Positions 37,136-50,999 of a stretch of DNA of 64,000 nucleotides are shown here, piece after piece. The stretch is from positions 325,481 through 389,480 of the forward strand of contig RDEW01000034.1 of NCBI GenBank assembly GCA_011109175.1, written 5' to 3'. This DNA comes from Dicyema japonicum (taxonomy: Eukaryota > Animalia > Dicyemida). The position numbers were made by a program, and so were the translations under genes. The notes below the pieces were generated by a model. That model was not told the origin of the DNA and ran no database searches. It worked only from the letters and a program-made list of their open reading frames with translations. Every line of letters starts with the position of its first letter. Position 1 is the stretch's first letter.

Positions 37136-37940
37136 ATGCCCGTATTAAACTGGCAACTAAAAGAACCACTTCTATCCCCTGTCAACCTTTTCAACGACTT
37201 CTGGAAGTCGGACTGGATGATGGCGGCTAGTGAGCGGGCGCGTAGCTTTCGCTCCCAAAGATCGGATTGGCTACTCCTAATCTTAGCTGGGGACATCGAA
37301 CAGAACCCCGGGCCCCACAAAAACGTGAAATTCCTTGACATCATGAAATTTAACATAAACAGCCTCACACACAAATCAAATGAACTTTTTGCATTTCTAA
37401 CTTCTCACAAAATTGATATTGCCATGCTACAGGAAACGAAACTATCAAGAAAGTCAGCGCTTGCACACTACAAGACTACTCAATTGTCCGCCGTGATCGA
37501 CCGAATTCAAATAGAGGAGGCGGTGTTTTCATACTTATACACAAATCTATTCCATTCTCCGATACTTTCGCTCAGACACAATCTCTGTTTGAAGATGACG
37601 ATCACATGCTGACAACAAATGTTCTCCATCACTATCTTCGGCGATATCTTGGAGAATTGTATATGACCTACACTGGACCATAATCCAATTCTACTGTCAA
37701 TCGAACTACTCTCGCCTATTGTTAGACATCGGAAAACTAACGAATTACAAATGTGCAAAATGGGATTCATTCAGAGAAGAAACAGAAAAATTTCTATCTG
37801 ACTTTTCCGTTGAGAATTTCAAATCGTTTGACGCCACAGTGAAATTTTTTAATAAAATCATCCTCAGTGCCGACGAGAAAAACATTTCAAGAGGACTAAT
37901 TGCAGACTATAATCCCAATTTCACTAAAAAAATTATCTAA
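37136..37940 (+). mobile_element. APE-type LINE 5' coding region with a 2A-like StopGo motif and AP endonuclease (Ingi/I-group-like)
   Basis: DWLLLILAGDIEQNPGP (DIEQNPGP = 37292-37315) directly before MKFNINSL...IAMLQETKL; RGGGVFILIH, DHNPIL and NYKCAKWDSFREET in shifted frames. Confidence 0.85.
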
Positions 37941-39548
37941 AAGATTCATACAAGACGTCGACCTATAGAGTACCCATGATGCTTTCGTTATATAAGAAAT
38001 TGTACTAATTGAGGTTCACTCTCTTAAATGAGAATAGAATAACCTCAGCTACCTAAGTCTTCCCAGATCCACAAGGTGGAGGTCGAGCCGGGATCTTGAA
38101 CCGCTTTCAGTAAAGAGTTTTAATATTCTGATATCAGTTTTTTTCAAGGTATTTTATATCGTAGACACATTGAAAGATATTGAATTAATGTTATTAAGTT
38201 GTTCCAAAAAATAGAGACCCGTTTTCTTTTATGCGGGAACCTTTATTCCAGAATCATTTTTCAAACAGCCAACTAACCATCAAACCAGCTGCCCAACTTA
38301 GCTTCTTCTGGAAGATTCCACTCTCCAATGCCTCTACAATCCTTAATTAGTTATAACCGAGGAATGTGCTGTTGCGACTACGAGGATTCAGTTATACGGC
38401 CTATTGTGCTTATGTGGGGTCAAAGAAGGAGCATCTGAAGAAGTTGAGGTCTCTGTTAGAGCGTACTGGGATTACGTGAATGGCTAGTTTGGTGTTACCT
38501 CGGTCTTGGTATTTTTTCTATTAAATCTCTCAAACTTTCATATTAAAAAACATCAGATGAATCAATTCGAATCTTGCCTGTCTAAATTGAAGGGAAATTG
38601 ACAGAAAATCCTTGTAGAAGAAAGCTTCTTCTTGACTAGCCTCAATTTCTTCGTGACTAGCTCCAAAAAGTGTTTTTCTATACTGGATTTAAAGGATTTG
38701 AGTGAACGGAACAACCTGGGTTAATTATTCAAGAAAACTTCTCAAAGATCAATTCTCTGAGGACATGTCCGCTGAAATACATTCCGAACTACACTTTAGT
38801 TAGGATTTGGAAGATCCAAATTCGTGTAAGACGGACCTTCAATGGGTGCTGGAGCTCGTGGCGTAGATGTTGTACGAATTTCATTTTCAAATTGAATTTG
38901 GTGTTATTCAAGCTGTCGCTGTGTAACTGTAAGTTTGTGGAAAAGGATCCAGTTCAGTTTGGTGTTGTTTTGGAGTATTTGATACAGGTTACCAATTAGT
39001 GTTCTAGAAAGGGGTATGGTTGGTTTTTATTAATTTTGTGCTTCGTTTTACTGTTTTATTTATGGTTGTGGAAGATAAAAGTCCTGGTCTTAAAGGAGTG
39101 TTTTGATCAGTTACAGAGTCTTTCAAAAATAGTTGCATAAACAATTCTTATCAAAATATTTTATTATATGGCCCATTTTGGTTTATATTACTGTATTCCA
39201 GTAAAATGAGATGTTCCTTATAGAGTCAATACTCCTATCATCGTTCTCAGTTGTTTGAACATATTCTTCTTTATTATGAGAGTAATCGTGTGTGAGTAAA
39301 ACTAGTAGTTTTATTCCTTATATGATTAATTAGGATAATGCTTACGTTGTTGCATAAATCTGTGAAAAACCGTCCGTTTTTATACCTATAAAAGTCGATT
39401 CCTTCTCTCATTGTTATTTGAAATTAAATTATTCTTTCAGAGACAAGAGTATAGCTGTGCGATTCAGTTGTCCAACCAGTATATTAATTCAATTATAATA
39501 AAATTGAATTAATTAACACCAATTTAAATCATGAAAAAACCGATTAAG

Positions 39549-40330
39549 TTAGTAAATATTAGTATTTTTAACTCCGCAAGTTCCAAGTACATTGTACTTG
39601 TTCTTAATGGCACTGCAGTCTGAAATAACAATATTAATTACGTGATTCACATGTCGGCCTTTGTATCTCTAAAAATATTACTTTTGATCTTATACAATTT
39701 ATTATTTCTGAGGAGAAATTCATCAGTGATTCAAATCTATACTAAATATAATAACATACGCTTCTGGAATATCGAATGAATCAATGCAAACGATAACTAT
39801 ATTATTATTATTAAAAATACTTTTAAATAAACAATGTTGGAAATAACTTTAAAAATTTGAATAACATTTATTTCAGAAGGAAAGACACTATTAATTACAA
39901 AAAAATGTACAGATCGCGAAGTAATGATAAATTTTCGGCAAATTCGATCGATATGAATCTGAGGGAATTACATTCAAAAACTTCTATAAATTTAAAAAAT
40001 ATATAACATGACGTAATGGTAGGTGGAATGTTTTGTTGTCACAGATTTTAAACATTGATCACTACTACATTACTATGAATAATTAATACTTAATACAATT
40101 GACGTAACTTCATTCCCATTACAGAAAAGTGGACAGATTCAGATTTAATATTTTGAATTACTAATGTACTAATTTCAAAATCAGGTAGGCCAGTTATCGA
40201 ATATGTACAATTAATCCAATATCTTAATAATTTATATTTGATACAGGTTCTTGTACTACTGTTAATTCGTTTGTGCAAATATGCTGTGATGTCAAAATAT
40301 CGAATGACAAGTTTAACACGAGAAAAGTGA
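39549..40330 (-). CDS. Probable host gene or pseudogene with ultrashort introns, product unknown
   Basis: GT-AG candidates at 40073-40096, 39984-40012, 39797-39820, 39737-39759, 39620-39641 (22-29 nt). Splicing the last two gives an open IVCIDSFDIPEAFESLMNF...RPTCESHCSAIKNKYNVLGTCG; upstream frames not resolved. Confidence 0.42.
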
Positions 40331-42169
40331 ACATCTATAAGATTAAATACAAAAATAATGAATATACGATTACCACAAGAAATAAAAATTAATACATGAA
40401 ATACAGTCGTAATAATTATTAATATTTTTATTAAATAAAGTGTTGGATTATATAAATAAAATTAAAAAATATTTTAATTAAATTTACACAATTAACATGG
40501 TTTTCCAATTTGTTTAATAACTTTACCATAAAATTTAATAAATTTGTCAAAAATGTCTAATAACTTTATCACAATGTCTAATAAGTTCATCAAAATGTTT
40601 AAAAATTGTGTCAAAAAGATTAATACCTCTTGAGTGATGTTTAATTACATCTCAAATTGCGCGAAAATCAATTTTTAAGTAATTCTGAAGAGGGCTACGC
40701 ACATTGATACTTCAGAAGGAACTCACAATAACCAATCTCTTGTTATTTATCTGGTAGCTGCTCTTTGTATCTGAGAGCTAAAAATTGTCCTACTTCTATC
40801 TAGGAATTAATATATGCGGATGACCTGGATTTTAGTTTTGAGGCATCATGATATCTAATTCTTTTTCAGACAAGAGTACTGCAGGGCAAATGAAGTTATT
40901 TTTTACGACAAGAGTCTCATGGTAATTTAATTGGTATAATTTTGGAGGATTAGACGTGAAGTTAACACAAAGCATTATGAAGTGTTAGCCTGAGCATGAT
41001 GGGAGAATCTTTTGCCTTTTTTTAAATCAAATAGATGATATTGTTGCTCTCTCGAATTGATTTGATTTGAAATATTAAAAAATCGAATAAGGTAATCGTT
41101 TGATGACAAAATAATTTTTCTGTGCGATTTTGGCTACAGATTGATCTATCAGAGTAAAAGATATTTAACTCCGATGTTCTTTTCTATTGAAAGTAAAAAT
41201 AGGTCATATTCCTCCTTGACAGTAAAATTAGGTCAACCGTTGAAGTAATTTTAAATATACATTTGATGACTATAGATGCCATTAGTATCCTTACTATTAT
41301 TCGCAGCCAAATGTGATGCCATTGTTTATACTGACCTTACCCTTTACTCTATTTCTGGATCTGTGGACATTTATTAGGACATTTTTTAATCAACTAAATG
41401 ACCGAATTAATCTGAAATCGCATTAAGATGTTTTTTAAAAAAAAGAGTTTTTTGAGGGCAATATGATGCTAAAAGGTCTGCTTCAAGATGACTAGAAATT
41501 ATTCAACATATGCTTATTTGGATGTTTATCCATGTGCTAAAATTGGCAACCTTCTGACGACGAGGCAGTGAGAATTGCTGTCTTGCTCCGTTTTGACCTT
41601 AATTTTGTGTTGAATGAAAATGCACTTGTGGACGCTGAATCGATGGTTATCTTCCTTTAAGCTGATTTATGGCTGTCCTCGACATGAGGTAACAACTTGA
41701 CATTAAAAAATACACACTCTTCGCTGGCCACCACTAGTTTCTTCTTTTGCGATATCAACGCCCCGAAGGGACAACAATATTCCCTTTCGCTAATGGTCGA
41801 AACATGGCTTGGGCCGTCCTTGAAAGACTTGTTCTGGAAAAATTACAATACTCAATCTTAATACTTTTGATACACTACAGATTCTGGGGTAACCGCACAA
41901 CCCTCACACAATTCATTGCGGAATTATTTAGCTTTGAATAGTGAAAACAGTATTATTGCTGAAATAAAAAAAATTATTCTTTCATCACATATTTTATATT
42001 TATTTTTTTTGTTATTCATATATTGGAAAAATTTTACTATTATATCTCAATCCTATCTATTATTGGGCCAAAATTATATTTTTATCTTCCTCCAAAGTAT
42101 TTCTTATAACAAAAAATATCCAAGATCCACGATAAAACTAAACTAACTAATCATCTGATCCCACTTTGA

Positions 42170-42640
42170 TTATTTTTGTATTCGTCTATGCTCATCCTTC
42201 TAGCAGCAAAACCACGCACGCAGATGAAGAGCCTAATTATCTTCATGTTGGTGGCTGATCCCATTGTTATTACAACTCAGGGATTTTTTGAGCAGTTGGT
42301 AAGTAGCACATTTCCTAAAAGTGTATCATAGCGTCGATTTGTTATCCCATTTGTTGGTAGCTAAGAAGATTTCAGCATTTGTCCATGAGACTGATTGTCC
42401 CTGCATGACTCGATGTAATCCTTGGATAAGAAGGTTTCCTATTCTCCATAGCTATGAGAGATATATTTCAATCAATATTATTTTGATCTCGCAGTTTATA
42501 AGAACGCTATCAAAATTTAGAAAAAAGCACGTGCACGTCGAAAGTTATTCCCAGGATTTTTTGAGATTTGTTGTATGGGATTTTGACATTGTTTACCATC
42601 AATTCGCTGTCTTCTTAAAATCCATTTATCTGGCCAAATT
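42170..42640 (-). mobile_element. LINE RT C-terminal remnant
   Basis: KILGITFD and LKYISHSYG...ETFL pieces, related to the 2966 and 16586 fragments. Confidence 0.55.
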
Positions 42641-43324
42641 ACCTATACAAATTATGCTGACCACGTGGCACCAGTATACACTATTTTTTACCAAATTTAT
42701 AATTAATCATTTTCCCAGCTGAATTCAAATTGAATTTTTGTTCTTCAAAAATTACTTTTTGATTCGATGAAGGAAAATTTTTAATTTTATCTCTTACTAA
42801 CGCAGTACTTGAAATGACTTGTCACACGCACGCATAATATTCCATAGTTGCTCAATTTCCTCATTTAACATTGTAGGTTCAAAAGCTAATTTCATTCGCT
42901 TGACTCTTCATAAATTGAAATAGTTCACAATTTGTGTGCATGATTAAATCATTCAGCTAACTTGGTTGTTCTAATAGTACTGCAGGGCCATGTTATTTAT
43001 AACGGCTTTTAGACATTTAATGGAGTTTTGTACGTCGCATGATGGCTGTACTTTACCTTATTCAATCTCAAGTTATCATTTTTCTTACTAGTTTTGGTAT
43101 TATGAAAATCTTCAGTTTTAACTTCCACTGATTGGAACTGTTCACGTAATTTCTATCTTTTCCATCTAACATGAAATTTGGAAGTCATCGCTATTCTATT
43201 ATTATTTTTAAATCAATTTTGGGGTAACACCCTGTTTATGCTATTTTTATGAATGCAGATTCACTTTCTCCCTTCTATAAAGGTTATGAAATTCAAATTG
43301 ATTTTTCAAGAAAAATTTTCGTTA

Positions 43325-43442
43325 GAGACGGCATTTTCAGACATTTAATGGATTGTGAACTGAATTCTTTTGGTTTTATTCATAAACTATTAAGCCTTTT
43401 AAAAGACTCGACTTGTCTAGAATGGTTAAGTATATGACACAC
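43325..43442. repeat. Dispersed repeat (about 120 bp), copy 2
   Basis: Paralog of 27240-27372. Confidence 0.85.
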
Positions 43443-43500
43443 CTGGTGTCTCTACTACTGATTGCACCTGAAGTGTCCGCAACTTTGGTGTGGCGAAGAC
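43443..43500 (-). mobile_element. Short R4/Dong-like fragment
   Basis: cctggtgtctctactactgattgcacc...caactttggtgtggcgaa nearly identical to 27980-28037. Confidence 0.7.
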
Positions 43501-43518
43501 CATACTTATTGCATAGTA

Positions 43519-43990
43519 CAGTGGTTCGCAACCTTCAAGTGCTCTCGGAACCCTTTGGGCTATTTTTTGCGTAATTTTTCTAATTCAATTACTACAATTT
43601 CACTTAAACATAAATCGTAATAACCAAAAACAATTTAATGTGAACATTGAGATACTTTTTATCATAGCATAGTTGTGTAAAGCAGAGTTTTTGTTGAGAA
43701 CTGTATCCTCATATCAGCTGAAAGATTGAGTTTATTTCTATATTTTGTTTTGGTAGATCTATATATTGAAACTCCGACACGCATAAGAAAGTCGGTTGGA
43801 AAAAGGAATAGTGTACGTATAGCCTCTCCTGAGATCTCAAAATATATTTTGAAATGTATGCTCTTCAAAAAATTAATAAGGGATTCATTTTTATATATCT
43901 GATTTGACGTTGATTCTGATGTTAATACGATGTTCATATTCAATTGATGTTAGGTTTGTTAATATTACTATAACTTTGAATAGATTTTGA
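43519..43990 (-). mobile_element. Buster-family hAT transposon 3' end with TIR
   Basis: TIR-like cagtggttcgcaacc at 43519; ORF 43662-43943 has EAIRTLFLFPT...STKTKYRNKLNLSADMRIQ (ZBED5/Buster C-terminus). Confidence 0.8.
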
Positions 43991-44814
43991 ACCCATCGTC
44001 ATCAAATTTATCCGAAAATATTTCGCAATGTTATCATCAAATTACCAAAACTAAGTCAAAACAGAATCAAGATATAAACATGGATGTTTTACATATAGCT
44101 CTTTCCTAAATAAACGATGACCTCATACTTTGTCTAACTTCCAACATGTTTAATAAAACTGCTGTTAGTAATTCCATCAATACAGTAGTTAAGAGGTTAG
44201 AGTATTATGATCTACAATATTCTACTGTGGTTCGATTTTCACTACGGTTCATTCGGTTGAAAAATCAGATCATTATTTTAACTTAACTTCAACATCTATA
44301 CATGCCATCGCCTACAACAACTCCAAAATCTGTCATTTGTCACCTTACATTTTAATGACCAAGAAGTGAATTAATTATGTGTTTATCCGTGAATTCCATA
44401 GGCGTGAATCTAAAAGTATGTAAAATTTAAATTTCTAAGCTAAAATAGACACTGAACTGTATAGTATCTATCTTCCAACATGCATTGAGTAAATAACAGA
44501 AAAAATCGATATATTGAAGTTAAATGGGTCAATTCAGTCAGGTAAAGAAATTCAATGACTGAGAGAGGATGTGTGATAAATTTTAAGTTGATGCTTCCTT
44601 TTTGTTGGAAATGAAGGATAATAATATACATTGTCGTAAAATATTACAGGTTTATTATTTTTTATATAATAAATTAACTCGGAGGAGTGCTTGCCAGAAA
44701 GAAAAGGGATCAACGAGAAGGGTTATGGATAAGACAAAAGATAGGAATAGCCATACTCCGAGGGAACTCGTTCGCAATCTACGCAGCAGGCTCCTCAACT
44801 GACATTTGCTTAAT

Positions 44815-45430
44815 TGTTATAAAAATAAAAATAAAAAAAATAAATAAATTAACTTGTCTAGGATGAATTTTATTATAAAATGAATAAAAATTAAATTAAG
44901 GCATCTGAATGGCCATGCTATTTCCCCTAACAATAGCCAACGAGATACGTTCTCGGAACCAACCAGTCTCTCGCGATCCTTGGTCACAGCTTGAATCATG
45001 GAGCCGATCTTACGAACCAACTCATCTGCTTGGGGGCCAAGGATTCCTGACGTTTCCACCGCGAATGGAACAAAAAGATACTCCTCCGAAATTCTCTGGT
45101 ACTTCCTCCTCTTTCGTTCCTCGGCCTGCTTTGAAGCATGTCCTGGGTCTGAAGCAGAAGCAACCAAATTAGACGGGGAATAAGTATCAACACACGTCGC
45201 GTTCCCAGATCAGGTTTCGTCCGTTGGCGAATGAAAAGTCGTCATCCCATCAGGGGCGTTTTTCCATCGTTTCGGAAAGACCAGCAGGTTCTAACAGGCA
45301 ATGGTGTCCAGCAGAGGCAAGGGAATTCTTTAATGTCATGTTAAGACAGGAGTGCCTGGGGAAACGACCCGCACTCATCTTGCATGACAAGGATGATAAC
45401 CAAAAGGATCGATCCAACGTCCACAGCGGC
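44815..45430 (-). mobile_element. Best-preserved CRE-like REL 3' end
   Basis: RNDGK-PDGMT, NATCVDTY, AEERKRRKYQRISEEYLFVPFAVETSGILGP, RERISLAIVRGNSMAIQMP-stop (44896-44898), T-rich tail. Confidence 0.9.
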
Positions 45431-45589
45431 ATTTTCTTTCGGCAAATCTAGGATTAATACTAAAATAAGTAGAAACGCTATATTTTGGTATCAAAGTAAT
45501 GTTTGTGTCTTTGGGGGAATGGTCACTGATGAGAAAAAAAATCGTCTTTTTCAAAATAATGTATAAATTTTATTGGTAAAAAATAATCA

Positions 45590-45725
45590 GATAAATCCAG
45601 ATGAAAGAAAAGAGTGTCTGTTCCTTTGACAACTGCAAGAGATAATTTGTGGAACAACCATTGACACTCATTGGTCACTGTCGAAACCATTGACCCAAGC
45701 GATCTAGAAAAGAGACTGTCTAAAT
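45590..45725 (-). mobile_element. CRE-like 3' end fragment
   Basis: RSLGSMVSTVTNECQWLFHKLSLAVVKGT. Confidence 0.65.
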
Positions 45726-47129
45726 TAAATTTTTGCAGATTAAATCTACATTTTAAATATGGCAAAGCAGTAGAAATAGCACTCAAACACATTACTACCA
45801 TGTGTTCAACCGATTCCACTCTAAAAGCCAGCATTTTCCTTCATCAAATTTTAACATTATGCATATCTGTTGGAGATTTTGTATACTATCAATGGCTAGG
45901 ATACAGAACCCGGTTTATTTCGACTAGTTATTCAATATTCCTATAACATTTTAAATGTCTTAGCGAAACTTTTTTGCAAATTTCAGAAATACTCAAATCA
46001 TCATTTATGAAGCACATTTTTAGTGGTGCCTACAGAACATTAATGAATATTTGTTTTTTTCCCCCAGTTTTCACCACCAAATTTAATTAAGTATTTTTTA
46101 ATTAAAAATTAATTTCACTTAACAATAAAAAAAATTACTAATTATAATTTTTTATTGCGTGTTAAGTATGTGTTGTTTGGGTGCTAAAAATCCGTAGTGG
46201 AACTCCATCAATCTTTGAACTGTTGATTTCTTGTCAAAAATTCGAGATCAGTCAATATCTAATTTTTTTCATGGAATTTTAGAAGTAAACATACAAAATA
46301 TGACTAACATTAGTGAAAATTTAGAAATTAACTTTAAATAGGAAATTCTTATAACTGCTCGTCAATATGCCCTTAGAAGAAAGTATTGAAAACTGGATAT
46401 TCAATTACCTAATGGCGAAATTAGATATTATAAAAGGCGACAACACAGATCAATATAATTTTGGACGATTGGATTTATGTACTCCATGACGGAGATCCAC
46501 CTAATCCTGATACACCCATGGACCAAAATTACCTTAGTGGAGTAAAGTTCATAAAATTGTAAATTTTAGAGATGTTACTGCGAGAACATGAGGTTTTTTC
46601 TCTATCGATGTTATGTTTTTAATTATAGGAATATGAATGTAACCGTGCAATCCTGAATGCTATTAGAAAGTTACGCAGAAATCTATGCTTTCTTTAATTA
46701 CTAATATCGCTTTATTTTGGTGGTTAAGTTAACTGACTTGAATTCATTTTCATTATTACAGAGAGGTGATCCTCTAGTTTTTTTTAATTTTGATGCTTCC
46801 TTTCATTGAGAACTTCTCGTCTTCAATGTCTGTCGAGGGCTTTCATGCATCGTGTAGCTAAGTACAATAGAGATATGGCACTAACACAACCCACGTAATA
46901 TAAAGTTTTTTAGTCATTTGTAGGGCGAACTAAGTAAAAAAGTTAAAATTTAATTATAGTTAATAAATAATCATTAAAATGAATTTTAACTATATTTTAT
47001 ATAAATAAATGTATATTAAACAAAATTATTATGTTAAAAAGTTAAAATTTAAAATTATAAAATTAAAATTATTTTAACCTTATAATTTTTGATTTAATTT
47101 ATTATTTTTTTTAAATTAACTATTATTAA

Positions 47130-49300
47130 TATATTTTGCCACTAAAATTTTTGGTTGACATACCTAAGATAGCAAAATAGTACCAAATTATAGCTAAGGC
47201 CATTGTAAAGTATTATCCTAAAGAATTTATGATTCTTGAGGATGGCGCGCTATATTGTCGACTCTGTTTGTGTAATATAAAATGCGAGAAAAGGCAATAA
47301 AAGGCATTTGGGAATTCATTGAGTTTTGCGATATAACAATTATTTTTTTCTAGATAATCTGACCGAATCGCACCAAACACACATTGACCAATATTCTAAA
47401 AATGATGATTGGGCTATACAAGTAACCAGAGCATTCATAAAATCTGATATTCAACTTAAACAAACTATCTATGCCGTGGCTTAGAGCAGCGGTTCTCAAC
47501 CTGGGGTCGATTCGACCCCCAGGGGTCTAAAATCAATCCAGATCGATCGTAAGGGGGTCGAAAATGAAATACTTGGGAGTCGAAAATAAATTTAACATAT
47601 TTAATTTTTTATTTTAAATTAAGTTAGTTTATTTTTAAAGTGGTGAACCTTTGTCTTTAAAAATTTGTAAATTTTCTATGATTGTTTTTTGTTCGCGTTC
47701 TTCTACAATAAAAATTCGTCAATATAAAAATGAATATTTAAATTTATAAAAAATTCTTTTGATAATAGACCATATTGCTTACTGCGTAATAAGTCATTAT
47801 CAAATGATGCAATGGAACCGTCCAAATTGTTGGATCATTTTAGGAGGAAACATTCGGATAAATAAAATAAACCATTACAGTATTTTGAAGATTAAAAGGA
47901 TTTTTTTCGTAAACAAAAACGATTGACACTGTTTTTGCAAATAGTAATGAAAGAACAATAGTTGTTTGCTAATTTAAATTATATTTAGGAACACTAATAG
48001 ATCTTATAAAATTGCAATGATTATTGCCAAAAATGAGAGTTACTATGTTTCTGGTGAAAATCTCATCAAACCATCTATATCAGTGATTCTATAAGATCTG
48101 ACGGGTTTAAATCACGACGAAATTTTAAAATCCGTACCAATAAGCAATGATTCAATTCTTTGCAGCATTAACGAAATGTCAGATTATGTCGAACATATTT
48201 CGTGAAAGGCTTAAAAATACTATTTTTTGCTTCAAATAAACGAAAGTCATATATGTGTCAAACATTCAATTCTAATGGGATTTGTCAGGTTTATATTATT
48301 AGAAGCTTACTCTTTTAGATAATTTGACGATCATGCTTTTCTTACAGAAAATTTATTATTCGTCAAATATTTGGAAACTGATACGACTGGATTTTCTATT
48401 TTTTCCGTAGTCAAATTATTTTTGGATAACAAGAAGATTCCATATGAAAATTTGGTTTCTTGTGTCACAGATGGTGCAGTGTCTATGGTTGGAAAATATA
48501 AAGAATTTGCGGCATATTTGAAAAAAATATGTCCAAATGTGATTTATATACATTGCGTCCTACATATACAACATTTGGTTTCAAAAGCTCTTCACCAATT
48601 ATACATGAAACGTTAAATATAGTTATTAAAACCATAAACGAAATTAAGTGGACAGAAATAGCACAATTGCTACTCTATTTTCCGACATCATATTGTGTGA
48701 ATGCGGATTTAGCATTCTACATCGAATTGTAAATAAAGAACGAAACAGATTGGATGTGTCCATTTGAGGAGATATTCGTTTAAAAATAACACAAGTAGAG
48801 CCAGATAATGAATCTTTGGTAATAAAACATCAGTCACTGGTTCCCATTGGTAATTAATTCTTTTTTTTATTATAGATTTATGCAAAGATACCAACTTAAC
48901 ATTAAGTATATACTTTTTTTGTTTGATTTGATTATTAACAATGAATTCATTTTAGATAGTTAACTAATTTTACTTAGAATTGTCTGTTCTAATAAAAAAG
49001 CTTTAAAGGTCGATTAAATATTTGGTGGGTCGAAAAAAATTCAAGGGGTCGACGAGTAAAAAAAGGTTAAGAACCCCTGGCTTAGAGAATTGTTTTACAG
49101 AGGCTCTTTTCGAGTTCCCTGACCGTTAGTTAGCAGTCTATGTGACCTTATCTGAAGCTATTCGGACATTCCAGGTTCCCTGAATAATGTCGCTATTGCA
49201 GATATTATTATTAAAGTACACACTCCACAATTGAACAAACAAGTGATGGTTTAGAATTGTTGGAATTTGAAAATGACAACAAATTTATTAAAAAAATACA
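47130..49300 (+). mobile_element. CGGBP1-like hAT transposase remnant interrupted by a Buster element
   Basis: YYPKEFMILEDGALYCRLCLCNIKCEKR (zinc finger) and QVTRAFIKSDI before the insertion; the frame resumes (LRELF) after the TSD. Confidence 0.5.
47487..49079 (+). mobile_element. Buster-family hAT transposon with both TIRs and 8-bp TSD; transposase deleted and decayed
   Basis: Left TIR cagcggttctcaacc (47487), right TIR ggttaagaacccctg (ends 49079); identical TSD gcttagag (47479-47486, 49080-49087) with central TA; SNDAMEPSKLLDHF, SYKIAMIIAK, VTDGAVSMVGK, IHCVLH. Confidence 0.93.
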
Positions 49301-50721
49301 TAAATAAAAGGCTTAAAAATGATATTTCAAACATATTTAAATTTGACTAATTCACACATATCTCCTGCCAAGTATTCATTACTCCTGAATTGTTAGCCAA
49401 CTTAGTGCTCGGTTGAACGATGTTTCTCTTAGATATAGAATTTTCTAAGAACCAACATACATTTTCTACCAGAAAATTTAGAAAATTATGTAATTTGTAT
49501 GTGTAACAAAAAGTTTTAGTGTTTTTATTGTTTATAAAGTTAAATTTTTTGAGTTAATTTTTTTAGGTTAATTTTTTTATTTTTTAGGTTAAAAAAAATT
49601 TGCCCTGGTCATTTGTCTACTCTCACTTAAATGAAGCGGGTAAGATAAGTATCGTAGTGACTATTGTTTCTCGTGCCACATCTGTCTGTACATCCCGGGT
49701 TATCATAAAATCCTATCCTAAGAAGTAAATTCGATTCAAATTTGCTATAATCAATATGCACAAACAAATCAGCTAGCGTAAACAAACATTTAAGTGCATG
49801 TAGTTTCTCTGGTCATGACTGATGGACAGCAACTTAAAGACTCTTTTAATTTATTTAGGTAGTTGGGAGAGCAGGAGTTAATAATATTGTAGATAACTAT
49901 CCAAGGCGGTGGCAGCCTCTTTCCTTCTTTTGGGGGAGTTTGCCACCTACACATCCTTATTCCTACTCCACATTGGAATCAGTCGGTTCTCTTCCTACTT
50001 CAAATGGGATATCTTCGTATTTATAATATGTCAATTCCACTTGTTGTTTTGAAACAATTATTAAATATCACCGGGAGGCCTAAATCCCACTGTTGTTTAC
50101 AGCCACCATACTTTCAAGAGTTCTCTTCAACATGACTGAATTCCAAGTTAAACGTATTATTTAAAATATTCACTATTATTATCCCCCAAATTCTACTATT
50201 TTGTGATCCACTGTGATATTTTTATTATTAAAGCGTAATTAGAGAAAAAAGTCATTATTATGTATCTTGTGACTCCCTGTAGCAAACTTTTTCCAAGTCC
50301 CACCATTGTGAATTTACTTAAGGGGAGTGAGATAAGATTGTGTTTACTCCATCGCGTATTTGCATCGTTGAAATCAGTTGTATCCGCTTGTGCACGGTGA
50401 AAGCAAATCCGTAGTTAAACAATCAGATTCGAGGAACAGCAAGCCATATTCACTCATATTAAATTACTGCCTGATGGTCTCTTGTAAGAAGCAAGCTGAT
50501 ATGACATTTTTAAAAAGATCCAAGTATAACGGATACACCGTCCTAAAATCTATGCACGTTGAATAAGTCAAAAGTCAAAAGTTGAAGTGTTGACATTGAT
50601 AAGACGTAAAGCTAAAAAATATAATTGCACCAACCAAAAGAATAATAAATTAAATTTTTTAAATTAAATAATTTTTGAAAATCAATATATTTAACAAAAA
50701 ATTAAATATTTTAACAATTAG

Positions 50722-50995
50722 CAAACTTCATTGCCTGTCTAATCGCCCGCCTTTTCATCCAGGTTCGATCTGGTTGCGAAACAGCTCCGTAAGCACCTTG
50801 TTCAATTGAGCTCTCTGCCGATATGGTATCTCTGGACTCTGCCTTCAATATTCGCAGTGTCAGGCTCTCTTGGGTCCGCTTTAAAACAGCGGACTGTAGT
50901 TAGTAGTGGAACTTTTTATCTCCCTCTAACTGTCTTAGTTTACCTTTGTGGTACTTTGTTGCAATTCCTTCCCACATCATTACTATTTGAATAAA
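50722..50995 (-). mobile_element. R4/Dong-like REL retrotransposon 3' end
   Basis: IVMMWEGIATKYHKG...QSAVLKRTQESLTL; aligns with 52975-53230. Confidence 0.75.
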
Positions 50996-50999
50996 GAGG

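Noticed and set aside
45671-45946. + strand ORF with an apparent 21-nt intron as a host gene
   Set aside because: The same DNA reads as a CRE-like C-terminus on the - strand, which explains it better; no other support.
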